A stretch of DNA of 64,000 nt from a virus. This document shows, in pieces, positions 9,170-18,200 of this stretch. The stretch lies in IMG/VR virus record IMGVR_UViG_3300046467_002136, positions 50,038 through 114,037 of that record. One strand, given 5' to 3'. Under the pieces are notes generated by a model. That model did not search any database, was not told the origin of the DNA, and was given only the letters and a program-made list of their open reading frames with translations. Made by a program: the position numbers and the translations under genes. How positions within the stretch are numbered: position 1 is the stretch's first letter; the number at the start of each line of letters is the position of its first letter.

Positions 9170-10396
9170 TCAACTCCAAGCAGGACACTGGGGCTTATAC
9201 GCACACCAATTGCACAACGCCGTTTTCCTGGTCTCAAATTCATGTGTCTCACATGAAACATCTATGGCCTTTTTAGTACTTACAACGTATTCGACAGTCT
9301 CATCAAAATCACTTTGGGTGAAATTGTGTTCTAGCCTCACGCCATCTTTTAGATACAGTAATTCTAATTTTTCGGTTTCACCCACTCCCAATACTCTGGC
9401 TAATGCGCCATAAATTTTGAGTTGGAGAAACTTGTCGTCACTATAGTTCGGATTCGGAGTCTTGCCGGTTTTGTAATCGCTGATAACCAGTTTGTCACCA
9501 GTCAAGGAATAGCGATCGATAAACCCTTTGAGAGTTACCCCTCCGAGCTCTCCATTGAGTTCATACTCCAAGCCCTCTGGTTCGATCGCCGTGGGCTCTT
9601 CGACCACCCACAAGTTTTCAACACACCAAACAGCACGCCATTTAAATTGACGGATGCGTTTGTCGCCCCTGACATATGGGTGAATCCGATTAATCCAGTC
9701 ACCCGACTCCCACACTTCCGCGAAGAGAGGAGTAATCAGTTCCTTGGTCCTCTCGCTGGAGTCGTACATGTAGAACTGTTCACAAACATCGTGAACCAAG
9801 TTCCCCAGCAGGGTCGCCTCACTGGGCTCATCGGGAAGCTTGTCTATTTTGCTGAAACGAAACTTCATTGGGCATTGGTTGTATGTGCCCATCGAAGACG
9901 GGGACAGATGTGGTGGTGCTTCTAACTTCTCAATCACCGAGGAACCTCCTGTGGTCGGCTCAGATATTTCAGGAAAAGAGATCCATTCCAAAACAGGAGT
10001 CAGCGAGCCGATGTATCGGTTACATGCTCGGCCACCCTTCGTTTTGCCATCACGGTCCACCACTGTCACATATCCAAGGCGCTGAAGCTCGTTGACTCTG
10101 GTTCTGGCGCTGGAATAGGCGGCTGGGCCGTAATGCTGGACGTAAAGTTCGTGAGCACGCTCTTGTGAGATCGGCCCGTTTTCACAGACGATGTTAAGCA
10201 CCCGAACTTTTAGTTCAGTCAGCTTTTCTTTGGTTATTGACCGAGCAGCCTCGTGCGACGTGTCTGGATCGTTGCGCTTAGCAACTGCCCCTTTGGCAAC
10301 TCCCAACAGTTGGTCAAATAGCGAACCATCTTCGAAATCGTCAAATAGCTGGCCATCACCCACTGGAGTCGCTGTCGTTTTCATCCTTTTCGACAT
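9170..10396 (-). CDS. RecB/Cas4-like PD-(D/E)xK exonuclease with N-terminal winged-helix-like domain
   Basis: LSPSS...QCP, GNLVH, GFIDR...DYKTGK, QLKIY and C-terminal CNWCAYKPQCP motifs. The N-terminal part has NDPDTSHEAA...ARTRVNELQRLGYV. Confidence 0.85.
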   Translation of the reverse strand: MSKRMKTTATPVGDGQLFDDFEDGSLFDQLLGVAKGAVAKRNDPDTSHEAARSITKEKLTELKVRVLNIVCENGPISQERAHELYVQHYGPAAYSSARTRVNELQRLGYVTVVDRDGKTKGGRACNRYIGSLTPVLEWISFPEISEPTTGGSSVIEKLEAPPHLSPSSMGTYNQCPMKFRFSKIDKLPDEPSEATLLGNLVHDVCEQFYMYDSSERTKELITPLFAEVWESGDWINRIHPYVRGDKRIRQFKWRAVWCVENLWVVEEPTAIEPEGLEYELNGELGGVTLKGFIDRYSLTGDKLVISDYKTGKTPNPNYSDDKFLQLKIYGALARVLGVGETEKLELLYLKDGVRLEHNFTQSDFDETVEYVVSTKKAIDVSCETHEFETRKTALCNWCAYKPQCPAWS

Positions 10397-11027
10397 ACTC
10401 TGCGTTGAACGACAGGCGAATTGCTTCTTCTGAGAGAGCCGTCAGGTCGGCTACGGTCGCTGTATCTAGCTGCGGCTTGGGCCTATCGTCAGAGAACTCA
10501 ACCCAAAACTCGTTGAGCTTGGCCTTCTGATCGCCGTCTAGAGTTGCCGCTACAGACGTAAAGGCTTCCCATGCCGCTTTGATTGCCGGATCGAGCGCCT
10601 CTTCTTCGGCAACCTCTTGCTCTAGTTGGAGTGATTCGTCCGACCTTGCGAGGTACAAGCCAACGCCAAGAGCCTGCGCAGCTTTCTTGAGAGCGTCAGA
10701 AACGGCACCTTTCATCTCATCGCCGAGATCGACGGGGTCACCGTTTTTCATTCGTTTGATCTTTTGGCCACCAAAGCCGTCTTTGTAAACAACATTGCTG
10801 TCGATCACAGCGGTGAGGCGAACATGTGCAATAGCCCAGTCGGAATCCACCGCATCACGGTGGCAATCCCTGACCTCATAAGACCAGTTCTCGATTCCCA
10901 GTACGGTATTGAGACGAGTGATGACTTCGCTGACAGGGATATAGGTGAGGGAGGTCCCTCCCTTTGTCAGACTGCGTTCGACTTCCCGTGGGAACGGTTC
11001 TGAAAGCTTTTGTAGTATGTCGCTCAT
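10356..11027 (-). CDS. Rad52/Rad22-family single-strand annealing protein
   Basis: LTYIP...VITRLNTVLG...W and KGAVSDALKKAAQALGVGLYL motifs. Confidence 0.85.
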   Translation of the reverse strand: MSDILQKLSEPFPREVERSLTKGGTSLTYIPVSEVITRLNTVLGIENWSYEVRDCHRDAVDSDWAIAHVRLTAVIDSNVVYKDGFGGQKIKRMKNGDPVDLGDEMKGAVSDALKKAAQALGVGLYLARSDESLQLEQEVAEEEALDPAIKAAWEAFTSVAATLDGDQKAKLNEFWVEFSDDRPKPQLDTATVADLTALSEEAIRLSFNAEYVEKDENDSDSSG

Positions 11028-11512
11028 AGGGCTTCGCCCCTCCTAACAATGACGCTGGTTTTTGGCTCAGATGGTTCGCAATATAGATCGGCGTTAAGGC
11101 CAATCTCGTTCAACTTCCCCACCCTCCAATAAGAAGGAGCAAGGTAGTCAAGCATTTGAAGGGCCATCTCTTTTGCAGTGACGACCACTTCACCGGTATC
11201 CATATCAACTGAGGACTGCTGAATTCGGTCCATCACCACGTTGGCGAGGACTTTGTGGTTCCAGCCCTTTCGGGTAGAACCCATCTTGCGTTCCACCTGA
11301 GCGCCATCGCGCAGGTCGATAAGTGGATCGTCGACCATGAGGTTGCCTAGCAACATTGAGACTCGGTCGTAAACAATCCCAAGTTCGACCTTGGCCAGAT
11401 TCAACTCTAAGACCAAATTGGCTACATCTTGGGTTTCGCCGTCTATCTCACCGACTCGATCATCAAGCTGTGCGAGAAGCAAACGGAGGGTTCTAACATG
11501 CTCCAAATTCAT
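11024..11512 (-). CDS. Hypothetical protein
   Basis: 162 aa with a GGAG RBS, coupled to the downstream gene. Confidence 0.6.
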   Translation of the reverse strand: MNLEHVRTLRLLLAQLDDRVGEIDGETQDVANLVLELNLAKVELGIVYDRVSMLLGNLMVDDPLIDLRDGAQVERKMGSTRKGWNHKVLANVVMDRIQQSSVDMDTGEVVVTAKEMALQMLDYLAPSYWRVGKLNEIGLNADLYCEPSEPKTSVIVRRGEAL

Positions 11513-11547
11513 AACAACTCCGGTTAGTAGGGGGTATCGCTATTACT

Positions 11548-12855
11548 TCAGACAACGATAGCGATTCGTTTGCGCTGAGGCAACCCCAATCCGGTTAAGT
11601 GTGTGAAGGCCCCTGTGGCCGAGTCGACTTGATCGTCGTGATCGCAGGCTTCAGGGAAAGTGGATAATTCGTCAAGCCAGTCGGTCAGCCATGGTCCACG
11701 CACTGCTCTGACGTTGCCGTTAGCGAGTGCGGCAGCAAATGGGCGGGCACGGGTAACCTTGTCTCCGGTGGCGCGCATACCAATGAAATCGTAGCCGGGC
11801 ACGATATAGCGAGCGTACTGATCTACAAGGGCTTTTCCAGAGGAGCCCGGCTCTTGTTCCATCCTGATTGGAACTCCATGCCCATCTTCGTAAGCGGTTT
11901 GGGCGATCATTTGTTCCACTTTTTCCCCTTTGACCCTTGCACGCTTCACGTCAATAACGTAGGCAATTCCTTGATCAAACATCATCAGGGTTCCTACGGT
12001 CCAGTCAGGATTAGGGTTGGATGAGGACGGTTCGGTAGCAGCCAAGTCCCAGAAACGCACAGCCTTTGCCATCGAAGTCAACTCTGGGATTTCGTTCTGA
12101 TCCAACAGGACAACCGATTCCCTATCGAACAGAGAGCCTAAAGTGGTAGACCACCAATCGCCTTCTTCGAGTCGTCTACGTTCCACGGGGTCCAAAGCCT
12201 GCAACGATTGTCGGTATGACTCAGCATCAATGCCCGGGTTGTCTTGTAAATAAGATGGAACGAAAACTCGTCCCTCATTCTGACCCTCGATAATGAAACG
12301 CTGTCTAACCCAGTTAGGCGCGGGGTTAGAGGCACATCTCATCCGCAGAGGAACTTTTGACAGTGGACCTGACGCCGGACGGCGCAAGCGAGAGAACAAG
12401 TAGCGATAATCGGCTTCCCGGATTTCCGTGACCTCGTCCATCCCGATGAATTGAAATTCCGCACCTTTATACCGTAAGTAGTCCTGGCTGTTGTTTAGGT
12501 AGCCAAAGGTGATGCGTGCGCCAGAGGGGAAAGTCGCCGTGTAAGTGTTGGCGTTCCAGCGGATTTCGTCGTTTGGCCCTGTCCAAGCTTGGAAACGATC
12601 CATGATCGCTCCCGGCAGGGCAAGGTCGGCGTAAGTGCGACGGAATAGAATGGCCGAGTAATTGGGCACATCAACATATTGGAGTGCTGCCATTAAAAGG
12701 GCTGAACTTTTCCCACCACCCGCAGCACCACCGAAAAGAGCTTCCAACGAATAAGTGCGTAAGAAAACTTTTTGAGTAAGAGACGCTTCCTCTGGGCAGT
12801 AAGGTGATGCGCGCGGCTCTAGGTAATCGAGTATCTTATTCCAATCCGTAGTCAC
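11548..12855 (-). CDS. terL: Terminase large subunit
   Basis: Walker A GGAAGGGKS, Walker B IGMDE, ASNP coupling motif, RNase-H-like WDLA...D and HDDQVD. Confidence 0.95.
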   Translation of the reverse strand: MTTDWNKILDYLEPRASPYCPEEASLTQKVFLRTYSLEALFGGAAGGGKSSALLMAALQYVDVPNYSAILFRRTYADLALPGAIMDRFQAWTGPNDEIRWNANTYTATFPSGARITFGYLNNSQDYLRYKGAEFQFIGMDEVTEIREADYRYLFSRLRRPASGPLSKVPLRMRCASNPAPNWVRQRFIIEGQNEGRVFVPSYLQDNPGIDAESYRQSLQALDPVERRRLEEGDWWSTTLGSLFDRESVVLLDQNEIPELTSMAKAVRFWDLAATEPSSSNPNPDWTVGTLMMFDQGIAYVIDVKRARVKGEKVEQMIAQTAYEDGHGVPIRMEQEPGSSGKALVDQYARYIVPGYDFIGMRATGDKVTRARPFAAALANGNVRAVRGPWLTDWLDELSTFPEACDHDDQVDSATGAFTHLTGLGLPQRKRIAIVV

Positions 12856-12933
12856 TCAATCACCTCGCAGTCTTAGCCTATTCTAGAATAGGCGACAAAG
12901 CGCAGCCTATTCTTGACTATTGTAAGAGGGCAC

Positions 12934-13110
12934 ATGAACATTTGGATGAAACTCAGAAACCTGCAGGAGCAAGGAGTAATAGCAAACGCTCTAATGGTAT
13001 CATTTATCATACTTACAAGCGTCGGTGCAGCGATGGTATATCCGCCGTTGGGCCTTATAGTAGGGGGTCTAGCTTGTGGCATATTCGGATTTCTACTGGG
13101 TCTTGAGTAA
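12934..13110 (+). CDS. Small membrane protein upstream of portal
   Basis: Two hydrophobic segments. Such genes often precede HK97-type portals. Confidence 0.6.
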   Translation: MNIWMKLRNLQEQGVIANALMVSFIILTSVGAAMVYPPLGLIVGGLACGIFGFLLGLE

Positions 13111-13112
13111 CA

Positions 13113-15107
13113 ATGGCGTGGAACTCTACTAACAATCAGTCTTTAGAAGATACAGCTCAGCGGAAGACCGCTATTGGACCCGGCGCGCCCATAGCCACAA
13201 ATCCGACACTTGCTGGACAACCTTATTATGACGCATGGGACATTGAACGGGCGTACCGAGAAGGCATGCAGAAGGTCACATGGGTGGCCCGTTGCGTAGA
13301 TGTGATCTCAGGCAACCAAGCACGCCTCCCAGTTGTTCTTCGTGAGGGTAATGCCCCAGATGGAAAACTAGTTACAAGTTCTTCCGTTATGAAGGAAAGC
13401 ACAATACTAGATATCTTGAATACTAAATCTAATATTGGTGAAAATTCATTTATATTCAGATACCGGCTTTCAGCCCAACTGCTGATGAGTAGCCGTGGTG
13501 CCTTTATAGAGAAAGTGCGTTCTAGAGACGGAAGAATTATCGGGCTAAATCTGCTTCCCCCTCAACACACCGCACCAGTACCTCATCCAAAAACATTTGT
13601 GTCTGGTTATGAAGTCGCCATGCCCGACGGAAAGAAAGTACGTCTTAAGCCAGAAGATGTTGTTTGGGTTCGGAGACCACACCCCATAGACCCTTACCTG
13701 TCGATGACCCCAATGGAGTCTGCGGGCGTTGCTATAGAAATCGAAAACCTCGCGAAGCTGTATAACCGTAACTTTCTTCTTAATGATGGTCGGCCCGGTG
13801 GCCTTTTGGTTCTCCGTGGAGAAATCGACGAAGACGATAAGAACGAATTGAGATCACGATTCAGGGGCAACCTTGGTCGGGTTGGTTCAACCACAGTGGT
13901 AGCTGCTGACGATGGAGTTGACTTTGTCGATACGTCATCGAACCCGCGTGATGCCGCCTACATTCAAATGCGGACAATCACAAAGGAAGAAATTTTTGCA
14001 GCATTCGGAGTTCCCGAAACTGTTATCGGCAACGCTTCAGGTAGAACGTTCAGCAACGCGGGAGAAGAAATTCGTGTTTTCTGGATGGAAACAATGCTTC
14101 CTCATCTCGAACCCATAGCTCGTGCTTTGGATGAACTTGATCCAATTCATTACATCGACTTCGACACTTCAACGGTTCCCAACCTGATTATTTATAAACA
14201 AGAACGCGATCGTTACTTGATGGATGAACTCCAGAACGGGTTGATAAGCATCAACGAATATCGTGACATGACAGGCAAAGAGACAGTTAAATCTGACCTT
14301 GCAGATTCATTACTTATGAACCCGAATTTGACGCCTGTCGCAAATACTGAGAAGGAAATGGAGCAGCCCAACGCAATGATGGGCGGGCAACCGGGCATGA
14401 TGCCACCTCAGCCCGGGATGCCAACGCCGGGAGCGGAAGGTCCGCAACCGGGTGAACAACCCCTTGACCCGAACACGATGCAAGGCTCTTTGGCTCAAGA
14501 ACAAGAAAGTCCACCGGCTGCTGGGCCACCTGCTGCAACTCCCGACATGGGGCAGCTCTCAGGTGAACCATACGACGTTGAGACCAAAGCAGGTGAGCTG
14601 GGTGTGGACTATGAACGTTGGACGGGCATTCTCGACCGCAGCTTCGAACGTTTGTTCGAAAGACAGCAACGAGTTATTTTAGAAAAGGCTGCTGGACGGA
14701 AAGCGCGCACACTTCTAACCGAGGGCACATTGGACATCAAGAATATTATGACTCTCGGCACATGGGATCGGCAGATGGATGAAGACATCCGACCCGTTTT
14801 GAATTCAATTATTAAAGACTCTCAAGAAAAGCAGTCCAACGAATCCGATCAGTATGAACCCCCTTCTGGGGAAGATATTCAAGTTCAACTGAATGCTCAA
14901 ATGGATCGCATTAAATCAATCAATTTAAATACAGAGCAGATTATTAATCAAAAAATCACCACCTGTATGGCATTACAGGACGAGGATCGCCGTCATGCGG
15001 CAGTTAAGGGTGAGTTGGTCAGCGTATTCGCCAGTCTTCTTGCAAAAACACCAGCGGCTTTGGCTGAAGATGAAGCTCGAAGGGCTTGGGTTTTTCCAAT
15101 TAGTTAA
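13113..15107 (+). CDS. Portal protein (HK97 family) with Pro-rich linker and helical C-terminal extension
   Basis: VARCVDVIS, NDGRPGGLL, IFAAFGVP..VIG...FSNA and NGLISINEYR motifs. About 170 extra residues follow DVETKAG. Confidence 0.93.
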   Translation: MAWNSTNNQSLEDTAQRKTAIGPGAPIATNPTLAGQPYYDAWDIERAYREGMQKVTWVARCVDVISGNQARLPVVLREGNAPDGKLVTSSSVMKESTILDILNTKSNIGENSFIFRYRLSAQLLMSSRGAFIEKVRSRDGRIIGLNLLPPQHTAPVPHPKTFVSGYEVAMPDGKKVRLKPEDVVWVRRPHPIDPYLSMTPMESAGVAIEIENLAKLYNRNFLLNDGRPGGLLVLRGEIDEDDKNELRSRFRGNLGRVGSTTVVAADDGVDFVDTSSNPRDAAYIQMRTITKEEIFAAFGVPETVIGNASGRTFSNAGEEIRVFWMETMLPHLEPIARALDELDPIHYIDFDTSTVPNLIIYKQERDRYLMDELQNGLISINEYRDMTGKETVKSDLADSLLMNPNLTPVANTEKEMEQPNAMMGGQPGMMPPQPGMPTPGAEGPQPGEQPLDPNTMQGSLAQEQESPPAAGPPAATPDMGQLSGEPYDVETKAGELGVDYERWTGILDRSFERLFERQQRVILEKAAGRKARTLLTEGTLDIKNIMTLGTWDRQMDEDIRPVLNSIIKDSQEKQSNESDQYEPPSGEDIQVQLNAQMDRIKSINLNTEQIINQKITTCMALQDEDRRHAAVKGELVSVFASLLAKTPAALAEDEARRAWVFPIS

Positions 15108-15131
15108 TTTCCGTAAAATAGTTTACGGAAA
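15108..15131. promoter_or_regulatory. Perfect 10-bp inverted repeat (operator or hairpin)
   Basis: TTTCCGTAAA-ATAG-TTTACGGAAA between the portal stop and the protease gene. Confidence 0.4.
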
Positions 15132-15205
15132 CTACGACGCTTACACTTGTTACTTACACCGTAGAAGCTTTCTGTCACTTATTATGTATTGACGGAGGTT
15201 TCAAC

Positions 15206-18200
15206 ATGCCAAATGAACTGCTTGATGACATTCAATTTAAAGCCCGAAACGGTGCTCAGATCAGCGTTGACAGTGCCCAGGGGATTGTCGAATGTTTTGT
15301 TTCTGGCATAGGCAACAAAGACAGCGTTGGCGACATCGTTCTCCCTGGCGCCTTCAATGAAAGTCTAAAAAGAAGAAAGCCCAGAGTGGTCTGGGGACAT
15401 AGTTGGAACGACCCCATCGGGAAGGTTCTGGAAATCTATGAGGTCTCCAATGCGGACCCTCGACTTCCGCCGAAAATGAAGACTGCCGGAATCGGCGGTC
15501 TCTTCGCAAAAGTCCAGTTCAATTTGGCCGCAGAAAAGGGACGGGAAGCATTCGCTAACGTCGCCTTCTTTGGAGAAGAACAGGAATGGTCAATCGGTTA
15601 TAAGACCCTTCAAGCCACTTTTGACCCAGTTAAACAGGCCAATTTGCTCAAAGAGGTCGAACTTTATGAAGTAAGCCCTGTACTACATGGTGCCAACCAG
15701 CTAACAGGCACGATTTCTGTCAAGGACGGAGAATACGGTGCCTGCGGAACTGACGGTTGTGAATGTGGCACAAAAAGTCACATTGCTTCAGAACCAGATA
15801 TTCAGGTCGAAGCAGAGGAAGCTTTCATTTTCGAAAAGGGTCAGATGATGGGGCGAGTCCCCATGCAGATGATTATCATTCCAATGCCCAAGAAACCAGA
15901 TAGCGACCCCCACGACGCCGATAGCGACATTTGGGCTCGCGGTGAGGCTGGTCCTATTGACATGGAAGCCCGCATGGGGCTAGCACGAGAAATTCACGGG
16001 CGAACGAAGGTACCGATCAAAATCATTGAGGCCACCGAGAACATGGTGGTGTTCCTCAGAAAGATGGTGGATGGCACTACTCGTATGTACCGGATGCCGT
16101 ACCACAAGACGGATTCTGGACAATACACGTTTGGGAAACCGGCACGGGTCAAGCCCCAAACGGTTTATACACCGGTTCAACCGAACATGCCGCCCGTCGG
16201 CCCAATGAGTCATAAACCGAATCATTATGTCAGTCCGATTCAAGGAAAAGAAACTATAGAAGAAGCTAAATCTGATTATCTGATTTCCTGTACGTTGGAC
16301 AACATTTTTGAATTCAAAGATACGCTTCAACCAATTTTCGATTATTACGAAGTGACAGTGACCCCTAGCGTTAGTGGGTTGTTATGTAGTGATTATCCGT
16401 CTGGATTCGAGGACGCAGCAGATACGGCTATCAAAGCTCTAGGTGGAAGACTCGGGCGAGGTGGTGGCCTGGGAAAAGGCCGTAGGGCTGGGAGAGCCCT
16501 CGCCGCAACGTTCGACCCAAAAGCTTGGGATGGTGATGGTGACGGAATAGTTCAAGAAGGTACGCCTTTTCAGCGTCCTTCTATTCCCGGCATTAACACA
16601 AATTGGCCCGGCGATCCCAAAACCAGAGTAAAACCCGACGATTATCCTGACGACAGTGCCCAAGTTAGAGATGCACGGAAGCCTCGTCGTGACCCGAATC
16701 GCATGCGTCCGGGCAAAGGACCTGCTCGTCGTCGTGGCGTAATCGATGCAAGGTGGGCGGCAGGTCTGCGCTCGATTAGTCCAAGTAAGGCTGTCAATGC
16801 TTCTCTAGATAAGACCTATCAGGAGTTGGTAGATGAGGGGCTTTTCAAGTACCCAACCAAGCCGCATGTGGCTGGTAAACCCATTGCGGTAGCACATGGT
16901 GCACCGGACCTCGCCAAGTTGGAAGAAATTGTAGAGAAGGGCTGGAGACGGGAAGGGGGGTACGAGCAAAGACGTATTTATTTCTTTCCCGAAGGACATG
17001 AAAGCTATATGGATTGGGAAGGCGATTACGCATGGGCTCCAGAGGACCCTGTCGTTGATGCAGGAGTCACGGCACAGGTAACTCCCAAAAAGCCGATCAC
17101 TATTTTCCACGAAGATACGCATGGCTCCGTCAACGCGCAGATTGCAAAGCAGTTGGGTATCTCTGAATCAGAACTCAAGTCCACCCTGATGGAACAATCC
17201 GAGCTGGTGCCGGGAACGTCAGAGGTCGCAGATACTGCGAGGGCAGCGAAGCCAGCGTGGCCCGACGACCATCGGTCGCCACTCAGCTTACACAGGGCGT
17301 TTGGTGTCGACCTATTTGCAGATTACACAGACAACAAAAACGACGGAGGTAATGGCCATACCTTGCGCGGCAATATGGGTTCAGAAATAATCGTTATGGA
17401 TAAAGACATCATCGAAGTCGTCGGTGTGCGGCAAACCGGCTGGAACGAAGACCAGATGGTATTCCACGGTGGTCGACGCTTATACCGGAGTCGCAACTGG
17501 GAACAGGGTCGGGATCGTGAGGTTCTTGATGAAGACAAGTTCCAAGAATGGAGATCGCGCACGAATGAACTCGCTTCTTCCGGTATGCGTTCACGTTCAG
17601 GGGGGAGTTCTGGAGATTGGGAAGACTTAAAATCACAACTTCCATCGCAAGCTATTAGAAATATGTCTGTTAAGGAACGTAAAGGCCGACTTGCGGATCT
17701 GGATAAGAAAATTGATGTTTTAGAACATGACATGGACGAGATGGGATCGCTCGACCCTGAATATAACGAAATGAAACAACGTTTATCGCAGTTGGATTCA
17801 GAACGAACAAAGCATCTGATTTCTGCGGCAATTGATAATTGGGAAGGTGGACAAAAAAGTTTTGTTCGATTGCCCGTCGACTCTAAGGGTGTTGAACTTG
17901 AGTTAACACAAGATGAGATCGATTCACTTCGTTCCCATATAAAAGCACTGATTGGTAAAAGCAAAAACAACAAAGTAAATGGCATTTTAGCAAAATATGA
18001 TCAAAGACTTGTTGGTAATAAAGATGGTGTAGTAAAAATCCCTAAAGAGCAATTTAGCGACCTTATTAAAGCGTGGGACCAGATTTCTCCGCCTGCCCAA
18101 AGTCGGATGCATCCCAAAACGGGTCGTGACATACTCGAATTTGCTGCACTTTCACCAACCCAAAAATTTAGGTCGTCGCAACTCGATCTGCCAGACAATA

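Noticed and set aside
9170-10396. CRISPR-Cas locus suggested by the Cas4-like nuclease
   Set aside because: I saw no array or other cas genes. The neighbouring Rad52 and RuvC genes indicate a recombination module.
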